A DNA stretch of 64,000 nucleotides from Trichoplax adhaerens (taxonomy: Eukaryota; Animalia; Placozoa): contig NW_002060948.1 in the NCBI RefSeq assembly GCF_000150275.1, positions 1,759,983-1,823,982 on the forward strand. The letters run 5' to 3'. Both the position numbers and the translations under genes were made by a program. The notes below the pieces were generated by a model. It worked only from the letters and a program-made list of their open reading frames with translations, made no database searches and was not told the origin of the DNA. Of this stretch, positions 12,579 to 26,049 are shown in pieces; position 1 is the first letter of the stretch; the number at the start of each line of letters is the position of its first letter.

Positions 12579-13799
12579 TGCGATGAGTTCGGGCATTGCA
12601 AAGGTAAAAATTTTTTGCCCAGGGCCAGGTACCCGTTTCAGATGAGTTATTAGCCATTGCCCCATCACATACGTATTGATTATAGGATAAGCTTTAGGAT
12701 CAATTTCTCGAACAATGATGATAATATTTTATGCTTCATTGATGCTTGTCATCCTAATATGAAAGGTATTAAGGGTTTCAGTTACAATATTTTAAAATTT
12801 ATGAATGTTGTAGGGACAAAAATTGAGGTTTAAATGATATAGCGACTTAGATGATAGTCATACATACGTTTGAGTATATTATACACAGTACATATAGATT
12901 ACAGGTTGATGCTAGATTAATTATTACAATTCGGTTGCTTTGTAAAATAAAGTTTTGCGATATGATAAGCATATAGATTACGAATCGACTTAGGGCATGG
13001 ATAACTGCTTGATACAAGTGGACTGGGAACGGAGTTGGACGGTCGGATTTTTGCCTTATATACATGGGTTAAATACATATAAAACATATATATTATATAT
13101 CGTCAAAATACTGTTCCTATTCGTAAACTCTCCTATTGCCATGACGCAAATATGTCGATGCTCGGATTCTGTTACTAGTTGATCATATTTTCCGAACAAA
13201 GTTTGACTAACTTCTGCTTAAAAGTAGCTATGCAGTTCGTCATCAATTTCATTTAAATTCTTAGTAGTAATTGAAGAAATCAGACTCAGAGAAGATCCAT
13301 ACTAATACTGTAAGTCGCATCTTTTCGACATTTTTAGCCTCATTTAATCGAGGAAAGTCCGTCCATCCGAGATAGTTTCTTTTTTCAACCATTTGCTTCC
13401 GATTCAACTTCAATTTATAAAGTTTGAAAGTTTAACAACAAGCAGCCTGGTAAAATTATTTCAGTTCCATTTCTGAAGATGTTAGCTACATGGCAATAAG
13501 AGATGGTTGCTTATTTCTTATTGTCATGTAACTCTTAATCATTTCTGGATTTGCCAAGATATGGCTGAAGTTAAAAGAAAGAGAGAGTAATCAATTTTGG
13601 GTGAAATTTTACTAGTCCATGATAGTGCTCTACGGTAGCAGTGAAACCGCCTACCGTATTAGTACCAAACCAACCCGTTTATTACTACTTACGACTTTTT
13701 ACTACCACTGTACCGCTTGGGATGACAATGGTAGACAGAGTAAACAGTACGTCAGTCGACCAGTGGTCAGTGTTACGTGTTACACCTAGTTACGGTTTA

Positions 13800-14156
13800 C
13801 GGTACTGTACCGTCTTGCAAGCGCTTCAACCAAAGTACTATGATAGTACTGTACCGTCATGCAAACGCTTCAATCAAAGTACTATGATAGTACTGTACTG
13901 TACCGTTATGCAAGCGCTTCAACCAAAGTACAGTACTATGACAGTACAGTACTGTACCGTCATGCAAGCGCTTCAACCAAAGTACTATGACAGTACTGTA
14001 CCGTCATGCAAGCGCTTCAACCAAAGTACTATGAATGTATTGTACCGTCATGCAAGCGCTTCAACCAAAGTACTATGACTGTACTGTACCGTCATGCTAG
14101 CGCTTCAACCAAAGTACTATGACTGTACTGTACCGTCATGCAAGCGCTTCAACCAA
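13800..14156. repeat. Minisatellite, 44-bp unit x8 (GTACTGTACCGTCATGCAAGCGCTTCAACCAAAGTACTATGAC[A/T])
   Basis: Eight GCGCTTCAACCAA-like cores counted. Unit-length variants differ by insertions of 5-nt GTAC[A/T] units. Confidence 0.95.
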
Positions 14157-15995
14157 TCACCTTGAGGTAGTGGACAAGAGGGAAAGTTCAAACATTCAAA
14201 GATAACAAGCATTGCCAAGTTTGGTCTAGTAGTGTACTGAAACAAGACTCGATCACTCATAGCGTCCTATTGATTTGAACAGGCGAACGCTGTGTTTGCC
14301 CTCAAGGGAGGAAAAAAAAGGAAAACCTTTCTCGTCCATCTTCCTTCTCAGTGAAATATTGAGAAGGAAATTTGTTAATGTCGTAAAAATTGACATTGGA
14401 TGCCACATTTTATCCTGAAGATTGAAGAAAATCCAGGCAAGACAAGTTGGAAAACACTCCTTTCCATTGATATAGATTAATACGTTGACGTAAATTGGCT
14501 CAATGATTCTTTAACTTGGGGAAAATTCAAGTTGTCTCTTTTTTTTATCCATTTGTGGCTACCTTCAAAGCAAAATCACTGGGTAAGTATGCCGTAAGCA
14601 GGACAGAGTTTATCATGATGTTCAAATAGTAATCACCAATATGAAATGATAAATAATGTTAGTAGAGACAAAATAGATCCTATTTCTACGATAGAATGTT
14701 AGGCTAACGCTATCCTAACTGGCATAGTACGTTTGAACAACAAAATTCCAATTACTTTTATCATGGTTGTTTATAACTCAACTAACACCTTACGAGTTGG
14801 ATCACTGTACGTTAAGATGACTCTAGGATAGTAATGTTATTAAGTCCTAGAAGTAAACTCCACTCCAATTCATCATGACGACAACATCAGGATAATCGGC
14901 TATAAAATAACTAGATCAACATCAATAGACCATCAGTCCTTTACTTAGATGTTCAATAGGAACATCGATCCATACTTGACTCCGCGAATGATATAGACTA
15001 ACTGATGATGAGACATGATCAACTAAGAACAAGGAAACTTGATATCAGTTCTTCGTCTGTTTAGTCTTTCAATAAATCAATGGAGTACATTCAAGCTAGA
15101 TGGCATGAACAGTATCTGTAGACCATTGCAATATTGTTGCTATGAAAAAGTTCAAAAAAGTGGTATACAGCTAAATACAATGAAAATCATTGATGAAATG
15201 GATCATCCCCACGCAATAATTACACTACTGAAACGGCAGCAATATTTAACAGAAATACTGTACTGTAGTTCATTTTTAGACTTAGTTAGAGCGGTAAAAT
15301 GATTAAAATAATAAAAAGTAAGAAAAAATCTGAACTATGCATTGTCTTCAAGTCTGGCACACTAATAAACGAAGCGGTTGCTCATTCTTTCAGGCTGGTA
15401 GTGCTGTTCGTTTAGATGTTGATCTGTACATGCGATACTAATTTTCTGTGGTAACACTTCAACGTTGAAAAAGACAGGTGTTAATGACAAACCGCTATAG
15501 CTTAGTATGAACGTAATACAGTAAACGGAATAACGTTGACATACAATCTTGCCATTGAGTTTCAACAGTGAACGTAGTAGCCATCTGTGTGTATACTAAC
15601 GGTTCTTGGTGGTAGGATCAGAGTCATAGTTGTTAAACAAGTTGGAAATTGGAAATGATTTATAACAATTGCACGTGTTTTAGACCATGAAAATGGATAG
15701 GTGCAGATGTAGTCATTCTTAGCGCTTCATAGATGACAATGAAAGTGTTTAGAACTCATATTCTTAATCTGACTAAAGACTACTAGAATAAAATGTCCTA
15801 TTCCTTTAGTAATCAGTAATCTGATGCACGTATAGAATATTGCTAAATCATAATTTGAAACGGTAATCACATAATTATCATATAAGATATTGATTTAGCA
15901 ATGTACAATGTTCTAATGATCATAACAAAATCTTTTCTCAGCTCCGGTTTGAATGGCAGAATAGCCGGAAGAGGTGTTGTTTAGTAGGTAACCCA

Positions 15996-18419
15996 ATGAT
16001 TACCCGAAGCAAGAAGGCCGAGACCAGTCCTAGCTCAAATGGAACAATTACCTCACCTTTTGCTAGTAAATGATAGAATTTACGAAGGAAATTATTCAGG
16101 GCTTAGTTATGCCTGTGTTGATTAGTTTTTACTGATACTGTATCTAGTGAATCACCAGCAGGTGTCTAAATGTTGATAAATTGTAAATATGTTATTTTTA
16201 TTTTTAAATTTAGGCCCTCTGCAGAATACACAGTCCTCTAGTAAAGATCAAGAAACTGAAATAACATGGGATAGCAGTAGTCCAAGCCCCATTCGATGCG
16301 TTCTATCCAAAGGTTAGAAGATATAGTTATAATTACCATGAAATTTTTATTACTTGAGTTTAATGAGCTATCGATAGAGGTTATAGAGTTGTAATTGAAA
16401 ATGATAGCAACTATTGATGTTAGCAGTACAGCGAAAAGATTGTAACAAAATAGATCGTTCGATTACTTTGGTGATTATACTGTATTGTTGAACAGTTATG
16501 CTTATTCCTTAAATTATCTTATAGGTAAAAAGCTTAAAAGGTTAACGCTAGGTAGCCATAATCGTCGTAGTAGCTCTGTTTCGGACTTGGTTCGGGTATT
16601 ATCAAAAACAAGCTCCAACGTAAGATGTTAAGAGATAACTTATAGGCAATGCTAAATATTAATTTATTTAAATTATTATTATACGTATAGAAAAATTAGT
16701 GTTATTTGATGAGTAGCCTTTTGATCGCTACGTAAGTGTCAACCATTTTTAAGTTGGTTTACACGAATATGCATGTAGTTTTACTAAATAGCTAAAATGT
16801 ACCCTTAGCAGGGTACTGCATGATACCATAAGTACTCTTGCCCCTAGTCGTGTTAAAATAATTCAAATTGAACTGGTGTTGCTGTACTTACTGTTACGAA
16901 TCAATTGTAACAAAATTATGACATTTCATTACAACGTTACACAGAAAAATAGCCAGTTACAACAAAGGCCTAAGACTCCACTATTAGGCATCTGGATGAA
17001 TAAAGAAAATCAGAGGGATGAAAATATCGATGTTCAATTAGTGAAAACTTCTAAAACCAGGTAAAAGCATATTATCTGGCTATAACTGTTTTAGAGTTAG
17101 CAGTTCTAGATTTTGTAAACGCTATCGCCAATATGTTTTGATTTACAATTTTAGTAATGCAGTCAAATGCCAAATAAAAACTTTCATTGACTTACTGTAT
17201 GTGTGTAAATAAATTGTTGCTTTGATTGTAAATAACTTAAACGGTTGCGTTGGCCTAATTCTTTATATAGAAAATTATTCAGAAAATCGAGAGAAAATAA
17301 AAATGATAAGTTTTTAGAAAAACTGCGAGAGGTCGTAAAGGATTTAGATAATTCTGACGATACAGCCAATATCAATGTAAACGAAAGGATACAATTGCAG
17401 AAACTTTGGTAAGTATTATTTTAGTATTTAAGTTTACCTTTATCGGAATGATGTCACGAAACCCATACAGAATATTTGATGTCATGATTTCTAACGTGAA
17501 ATGTACGAATGTTAAATGTCGCAGTCAAGCACCAACGTGTCGAAACGAAACTGAAGTTACGCCAATTAGGAAATATAATGAAATAGAAGGTACTGAATCA
17601 TGCTCAGGTAATGGTCTTGATGTTAAAAAGGGAAACGCAAATGGTAGCGATTCGATGTTCCAACCACACTTGCCCATAGTCGGGGAAAGCCCAAGTTGCA
17701 ACAAAAGAGTTAGAAGTGATGATAGTGTATGTAGATCTAATAATGAAAATGTCAATTTACGGAGAAATCCTGTTGCAAATCATGTTCAATCACATACAGA
17801 AGGTACTAAAGTTGAATTGGTACACTTGTTACATTCTGGTAACGATGATAAGGAACATTTAAATTCTGTAACGCGTGTAGCTTGTCCTACAAAGTGCGTA
17901 AACACCGATGTAAATACTTCAAAATCCGTCTTAGAAAAGCCTTATAGCGTCCCAATTGAGGCAAGCAAGTCAGATCATACGCTGACAGATTTTGAGCTGT
18001 TTAGCGAGACTGATATACTAGATGATACAGTTCCAGAGGCCTTTACAAGGAATGAAGCAAGCGGTAATACCAATATGATAAAAGACCATGATACAAGCAT
18101 CGCCGATGATATTTTATTGGCCGTAGCGGATGATGCTATTTGGGATGAAAGTGTTAGTGATGAAATGTTGATAAGGTGCACCCAAGAGTGTCCAGGAATC
18201 CCTAGTGATGCCTGCTCTATTGAAAATGGAGACAATTTAACTCCTTCGAGCGAAAATAGTGTTGCAACGTGTTCTTTTAAATTAGCTAATAGCAAAGCTG
18301 GTAGTGTTCAAGATATGCAATCTGGTACGACAATTACTTTATTTAATGATCAAGATGGGACTCATGATCTAGGTTTAACGATTGAAGATGAAGAATTACT
18401 GATGGCACTTGCAACATAA
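15996..18419 (+). CDS. ETAA1: Probable ETAA1-like ATR-activating, RPA-binding disordered protein (~470 aa)
   Basis: Phase-consistent exons 15996-16065, 16214-16312, 16525-16619, 16945-17060, 17271-17408 and 17525-18419. The translation carries EITWDSSSPSP, SSVSDLVRVLSK, TPLLGIWMN and KFLEKLREVVKDLD, colinear with remembered ETAA1 motifs (DIFWDQNSP, DEISHIVNRIA, SMLDMWIG, EELMKLAKQFDK), plus acidic DDILLAVADD and WDESVSDEMLIRCTQE motifs. The gene model is firm; orthology is inferred. Confidence 0.55.
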
Positions 18420-19953
18420 TGAAGTATGATCACGCAAATTCTAGCTACGTTTCAATAAAAAAATTGTCATTTATGACTATTTTACTAATTGATCTTTCGA
18501 ATTTATGGTTCTGGAAGGTATTCTATTTAAATTTATAAAGGAAAATATCGTTAATGCTAAAAGCAAATGGATCAAGCTTATTTTAACGTTAAAAGTTGCT
18601 GTATTCGTGAATTTTAACTTTTTGAGCTAAAAATGTAAACGTGGTTGCTCGATTACTGCTATATATAAAGGGTAATTATTATTATAGTGATCACTTTCCA
18701 ATACGGCATCATGAACAATGTAATATCAATTGATTAGGCATTTACGTAGTTCCTGATAGCTATTGAAGAGGTGTAGCTGTTTGTTTTTTGATCAGAATTG
18801 TGTTATAAAATACAGCATCAATTAAATTAATGAGATAATCATTTAATTACTGATATTGCATCATGGCAATAGGTACATGTGCTGATATGGAAATAGGTAA
18901 TGTAACATAGATCACGCGGTGTAATTTGAAATACATCGTGCTGTAAAAAAGTGTTTCAAAACAAAGACGAATCTATTTGGTCGAGTATCGATTTGGATAG
19001 TTACTATTGGCTAAATCTACTGCATTTTAGCATTGTATATCTTGTGTACATCTAATAGACTCATTTTCAATTACTTACTTTTATATCGTTGTATATAAAT
19101 TTTTACCTGAAATGTATAAATTTGAAAATTAAATACAAAGCAAAAAAATGAGTGTTTATTACCTTATTTTGTGATTGCCTTATGATAAAGACGCTTACTC
19201 GATATAGCTGGGGCCGAGTATTACTTGTAAGAGTATAATGAAAATAGTTAATTGTTTTTAAAGTGGGGTTACAGTAGCTTTGTATCATTTCCTAAATAAG
19301 TAACATTAAGACTTATTCGTGCGTCCGCCGATATAAAACTTTATACCACTTATCTCTCAATGACTACAAATTTATTTACGAGAGTCATGAATCATATAAT
19401 AATAAGAATAGCAAATTGTCTGCGATTAATTTAGCACACAATGTTACAAGCTAAAGTACTAGTATATTCATTTATGTACATCATCTACACGATACCCTCC
19501 TCGATTAAATAGCGGAATGTACTTGATTTATCATTGGTATGATTATGGAATCCATTTAAATTAGCATAAAATGCCATGATTTCTGCCATAACATAAACGT
19601 CTCATAAACTTATCTTCATATATTAAACAACTTACGCTAGTTGCGTATATGTATGTTGTACATGGTACACATAAGTTAGTTCACAATTAATAAGTTGGCA
19701 AAGAAGCATAAAGGTTTAGCAATGTCTTGACATCAAAATCGTTAGCAATGAATCAGAATAGAATAGGTATAGGTACACTATATAGCAAACCATCTATGTT
19801 AATGATCACATACATACTTGAAATAAAGATTGGTAATGCAAATAAGATCTAATTGGTACAGCTGTCGTATAAAATACACAGTGATGGTTAAATTTTGATA
19901 TGGATAGGTGCTTTGACGTAACATTTCCTAATGGAGGATCTTTGATTTTGCGT

Positions 19954-22900
19954 TTATTGATCGTAGTCGGCCCAGTCGCCCACTTCAGGTGCATTATTGC
20001 TGTCAAATATCGGCGGAAACTCACCTGAATCATCGGATTTGTTAAGTGTATCATCATCTTGCTTACGTTTATCCGTGGGAGATGCAGCATCTTGATCATT
20101 TTTATCGTCCGGGTTTATATCTTGCTTGTTGTCTGTTTGATCGCGAGGTCTGTTTTGGTTTCGACCACGACGACCTCGACCTCGACCTCGACCTCGACCA
20201 CCACCACGTTGAGAGCGTGGAGCACCACGATAATTTGGACGTCCACCTCCTCTTTCTTTATTTTTGCTGTCAGGAAAAAAGAAACGCCCATCAGCAGTTT
20301 CTTCTACAGCTAAATCAGCAGGAGTTTTCTCAACTTGCGTAGACTGATCATAGTTATCTGCTGTTTTTTGATCTGCGTACCTTTCATCATCGTGATATCT
20401 CCATTCTTTATTTCTTGAGTATGAATTATTGTAGTTGTTATTATCTCTTGGTTGCCAATTTCGATCTCGACGATCATTACGGGAATAATCCCTATCATCA
20501 TTCCAATTTTGATGATAACCTCTGTTATATGGTCGATTTGAATATCTGTTTTGCCGACTTTGCCGTCGATCTGTTTCGTTACTATCTACTTGTGTGGTAT
20601 CGTAGTCGTTTCCGTCATTTCTATCGCTTTCTTTATATCGATTTGGCTGTCTATATCTGTCGTTACGTCCTTTACCGCCACCATCTCTTCCTCGACGATA
20701 TGCATAGTTGTAATTGTCATCTTGCTGCTCATCATAATCTTGATACTCTCTTTCTTGCCGATTTTGCCTTTCATCTGTTTCGTTGCGATCTGTTTGTGTT
20801 GTAGCATAGTCGTTTCCGTCATTTCTGTCGCTTTCTTTATATCGATTTGGTTGTCTATATCTGTCGTTACGTCTACCACCACCTCTATCTTTTCCTCGAC
20901 GATGCGCATGGTTGTAATTATTATCTCGATGAGCATTATTGTTATAATTTTGATAGTCCCTTTCTTCGTCAGCCAATCGATCTGAATATCTATAATTCGA
21001 TCTATCTGAGTTAGAGATTTCTTGCCGTCCTTCCCGTTTTGGCTGAAATTCAACATTACGATGAAAGAATTTTAGATTTAAAACTAAAAGTCTTGATAAC
21101 TTTTCAACAACTCAAAATATCCTACAAAAAGCTAAAGTATTCCGACTTTGGAAGAAACAATAATGAAATACAGGATTTAATAAAATTAGACTAGACATAC
21201 CTGTTCTCTTTGATAGTCGTTTGGGCTATTTTCTTCTTCAGGCTCATACAATTTCACGATACGTTTACCTCCTTGCTCATCCTAATTTATTAGAATAAAC
21301 GCGCAATAAACGAATAATTGCGTAAAATTATTCAGTTAAGTCATATATGATAACCACATCATACATCTATTCGACTAAATTTAACCGGTATAGTAGTGAT
21401 GTGCATTATTAATATAGTTACAAAATTAATAAAAATATTATGTCACTACATCTACTGTATTAAGTTTTTGTTATCTATCATGGAGTACTAACTCTGACTA
21501 AACGAATTTCCATAACTCTTCGTGTTTCTGAAGCATCTGATTGAAAATTTTCATTTCTTCCTTCAGTACTAGTTTTCCTCTAGGTTGTAATAAAAATTCG
21601 CGTATTAGATAGCTCTACTACAGTATTTTGATAGTTATGTAATAGCAATATTCGGTAATATCTTTTTTATTTTTAGTCGAAACTTTTCAGCAGATAATTA
21701 ATCTGCATTGATATGCATACCTGTCGTGGATGAGAGTTGCGAAATTTTACTTGACGCGCAGGGGGATCTTCGCCCTATTATGATGAAATTTAGATGAAAC
21801 ATAGGTAAAAAATAATTTCGTATTCAGCTTAAATTTAATTAAATTAAAATCGATATCTTATATCATATGGATAAATTATAGGCTGAATCAGACTTGAAAT
21901 ATTACATTAGCTTAAATGATACATCATTAATTGTATAAATTACCCTATCATATCGTCCTTCTGATTGCCTGCCGCCTCCAGAGTATGAGTATCGTTCATT
22001 GAATTGGTCCCTTCTATGCCGTGTCTGTCAGATAAATAAATACCATATAAAATTACTAATGATAGCAAAAAGGTAATGCTCTATCTTTCGAATATGCATT
22101 ATATGCGTACGCAGTAAAGTTTGACGGGTTATATTATGCTGTAATTTCTGCTATAATTAGCAATTAATACTAACTATAAGTTTTATTTTTAATACCGATT
22201 ATAATTTGATCACGAGAATTTTATATCTGCAGTTTTAATCATAATGCATGTGAAGGGTATAGAACACTAACATATTGAGCACTCAGTTTATGTAACAACT
22301 ACCTCATGTTGATCGGTTCTCTCTTTCGTTGATGACCCTCTTGTATTTTCCTAGTTCATAGAGTACGTATGTTGAAAGAGGAAAAATATCAAAATTTAAG
22401 ATTTGCGTTTATTTACGATACTTTAGGTGTATAATATAGATGTTATCGATAGTAGCAATGGCTTTTCTGATTTACACTCTTGAAAAATTAATTCAACTGA
22501 TATGTTTGAAATTAGATGGGAAAATTTAAAAGATATCTAATCTATCCTGTCTGTCGTTATAGTAACATCTTATTCAATGTTGCGATAACTGTACCTGCTT
22601 GAATTGCTTTTGATTTCGATCGCTACTTGGTGAGATATAGTTTGATATAGATGTTAAGTGACTTTGCTATTAAAAAGGTCATTGACAGAGATGAATGAAA
22701 ACAATATAAATACTTGATCTTGCAGCATAAATTATGATGAAATTTTTTTGTTAATATCACAGATTGGAATTACATTATTAAAGAAGATTGTTAATCTAGC
22801 GTATCTTACCGAAAGTAACTTTTGCTGCCTATTTTCATTGGATTTTTCATCGCGATTCCTTCCTGCAGTTGTCAGAAAAAGGAATAAATTTTAGTCAGGA

Positions 22901-25219
22901 TCAATCTATACGTTTTAGCAAGTAATACAATAGAGAACTAGAATTGCCATGAAAGCTTAACATCATTTTAATTAATTTTTAAGATATTAGTCCCAAATAA
23001 AATTTTTTATTTTTAACTACTATGGTTAATTATTATTGGTCTTACATACGGTAAAATAAATTGATTTGTATGACTGAATTGAAAGTAATGCAGGACAAGA
23101 ATTGCTTTAATATTATTCAATTTGTCATCAGTAACTAAATTACAGCGCTGTGAATTTAAATTTATTAAGCACTTTATAAAATTTGGTGTAAACTATCGTG
23201 TAATGGATGGTAAAGAATGCACCCATCACAAAAATACTAAATACGAACATGATCTTAGTAGATCGTCGTAGATACCGCAGTAACTGATAAACGAGCTCAT
23301 AGTACTGTATGTCCTACGCGATATTTTCGAATAATATTGTTACGATCTGTAGGTAAATTATTGCTGTATTAATGTAAGTACTGTAAGATAAATAACCAAT
23401 TATTAATAACTTATATTGAAACATCAACGATCTTCATATTAAGAAATCCTAGCAGGAAAGCCATATCAAGTGGACTACTCGATATAACTTTCGTGGCGAA
23501 TGTTGACTAAAGTACACTATGATCAAATATTTTGGTAGATATTGAAATGTTCTACTTGTTTGTATTAACAAGAGTATTCTTCTATTAACTGTAATTAAGC
23601 TATTAAGCTAATATTTGATGCAGCTGTTTTTCTATCATTGGATAAATGAGGTTATTACTAAATTATAGAATGATTTCGATATTAGTCTTTCTCGTTATGG
23701 GTATATTAGACGCTTGTATATTGACGAAAATTGATCGAACATTGCTAATGCGCTCCCTTCTAGACAAGGCGATAAATTCATTTCACGGAGGTGACAATAT
23801 TGTAAGTTTGTTAATATAATCATCAATTGAAATATTAGGGCTTTTGGGCGTCGGTCGCACAGGCAGCTATTCTATACCTTGGAAGAATGGGATTTACATA
23901 TACAGATATTGAACGGCAATCAGCCTCAATATCCAATTATCCAGTCAAATTGATCAGAAGCGAGCTAATAGCTCTACTAGGTCTAATAGATAGTTGATTG
24001 GTGAATTTTATGTTGAAGTCTATTTTCTTATAAAGTGATTAATTCTTTAGGATAGCGCTGTATCTTAAGTTATCATTCGAGCTAAATGCACTGCAAGGGC
24101 TATTGAATAACGCGAGAAGATGCTTACCTACCTATTACATTTATATTATCTCGATCAGATTGATGTAAAATATCCAATCATTGCTATTGAATTATAAGGT
24201 CGATCATTTCATTTCTAATTTCAATTCATCAGTAATATGGATGTTGATGATTCTTTATTAACGTTGAACAATGTTTATTGGATCGAGCAATGATGACAGA
24301 AGTAGGAAATGGATAAGGAGAAAATCGAGCATCGTTGACTACCCGTGCTACTTTTACTATTCTACTCTGTATCCATCCATATCAGCTTGCTTGTAGCATA
24401 GTCCAGTGATACACCGTATTCTCTTCGCTGATTTGATACACAAAAAACAGATATCACGGATGTAAAACTGTTGTACAGTATATCCTATTAGGATTTACTT
24501 TCCGGATACGCTGTGCTATGTCAACTATGCGTCTACTCCGTAAACTGTCTACTTTTACGTCAAGCGATTATCATTTATGAGAGACGTACGTTGCCATTCT
24601 GCCTTTGCATAGCGACAATAATATCACGACTACCCTCAAAGTAGAAAGAAACTATTCTAAAAGTATATAACAGCAGCAGTATTTCCCTATTACCATCGTC
24701 CTTATCCTATAAAATAAAATATTTCTTTTGGTATAATTCATTAATTAATTAATTCATCAGCACGTATGTGTTGCATTTCTATGTCGACGGACGCTTGTAA
24801 GGGTGGCGTATACGCGTCTATGTCGCATCTCTGTCATTCCTTGTCGATGGTAGGACTACTGAGTAAAAAAGGAGGATAAAAAGTCTGTCCTAAGGGAAGA
24901 TAGGCTAGCAAGGATAGATGCAAATAGTAATCATCGACGAGGTTAGCGGCTACTTTACAGCATCGTTTATCGTTTATCTACATAACGGTAGCAAGAGCCC
25001 ATTCAAGCGGGTAGAATCGAGTACCCACTACACCGTAGACTGAGGGTAGCATTGGGGTGGGTGAGATGGTTAAATTGTCCCCCTGGGCTAGGTCTACGCC
25101 AGTACTGTAGTCTATAAAGTACCGACCAGGGTGGCAATGTGGGTTGGTCATGGCAGATCGTGATTTGCTTTCCATCCAATCTATTTTAGCTTTAGTTACC
25201 TACCATGTCTTGTATCCAT
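19954..25219 (-). CDS. Uncharacterised R/D/N/Q/Y-rich intrinsically disordered protein with RGG/RG repeats (putative RNA-binding)
   Basis: Nine phase-consistent exons: 25219-25204 (MDTRH G|), 22862-22810, ~22666-22595, ~22350-22303, ~22024-21944, ~21774-21721, ~21579-21493, ~21281-21201 and 21042-19954. The last exon has two ~69-aa repeats, an RGGGRGRGRGRGRRGR tract and ends EFPPIFDSNNAPEVGDWADYDQ*. The first exon is the least certain. Confidence 0.8.
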
Positions 25220-25679
25220 TGCAGACTAGAAGTGATTGAACTTGATGATGATTTGCAGGGCGGATAGACGAGGAGATTTCAAAACTTTTGCAATTGCTTG
25301 GGCTCACTCTTCTGACTGGAGGCGTACTGTCCTTGCTGTAGGGTGTATACTGAATAATTATTGTCCGACGCTGATCCCTTTTGGGAGCATATACACATAC
25401 ACAGACTGCGACTTGCAGCCCTGTACGAGTGGGTCAAGTAGGTAGCATGAAAATGGCGAAAGGTGTTTTACCCCTACCTCATGCCTGAGGTACCCCCCCC
25501 CCCCCGGTACACAGCCACCCCGGGCGCAAAGGTTGCTTCTGAATGTCATTTTTCAAAAGTGACAATATCACTGTCATTCATGTATACGGCCAGTACTGTT
25601 CTCGACCCAAGCCAGTCATTGTAACCGCTAGCTGGTGACCAGTACCATACAGCAATCTCCCCTCTTTCGGTTGTCCTTG

Positions 25680-26020
25680 CATACAGTACAGTACCGCACA
25701 CCCTACAGTGTATCTCCATGCTAAGAATTTTGAATACTGTACAGTACTGTACAGTACAGTATTCAAAACTGTACAGTACTGTACACTGTAAAGTAGACTT
25801 TAGTCCTGTGCTGTACTGTACTGTACAGTACAGTACGCCAACTACAAATTTCAGGCTCTCGATTGTGTACTGTACAGTACAGTACAATACTGTAGCCTAT
25901 TGTACTGTACACTGTGCAGCAGACAGACAGCAGACAGACCCATCGATTCTGTACAGTGTACAGTACAATACTGTAGCATATTATACTGTACACTGTGCAG
26001 CAGACAGACAACAGACTCAT
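25680..26020. promoter_or_regulatory. (GTAC[A/T])n pentamer-rich putative bidirectional promoter between the RGG gene and AVEN, with an internal ~80-bp duplication
   Basis: Dense TACTGTACAGTACTGTACAGTACAGTA-type runs. CGATT(G/C)TGTAC...TACTGTAGC...ACTGTACACTGTGCAGCAGACAGACA occurs twice (~25860 and ~25944). The block lies between divergent ATGs at 25219 (-) and 26050 (+). Confidence 0.6.
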
Positions 26021-26049
26021 AGTGGAACCTCTTCAAAACGGTCGTCAAC

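Noticed and set aside
13800-14156. CRISPR-like array, and the 145-aa ORF 13641-14078
   Set aside because: Units are contiguous with no unique spacers, the context is eukaryotic and there are no cas genes. The ORF is just the translated minisatellite.
20046-21056. Multiple antisense and alternative-frame ORFs over the RGG exon; likewise those over the RDH, ETAA1-like, zinc-finger and EGF exons
   Set aside because: Shadow ORFs caused by biased codon usage of the real coding strand.
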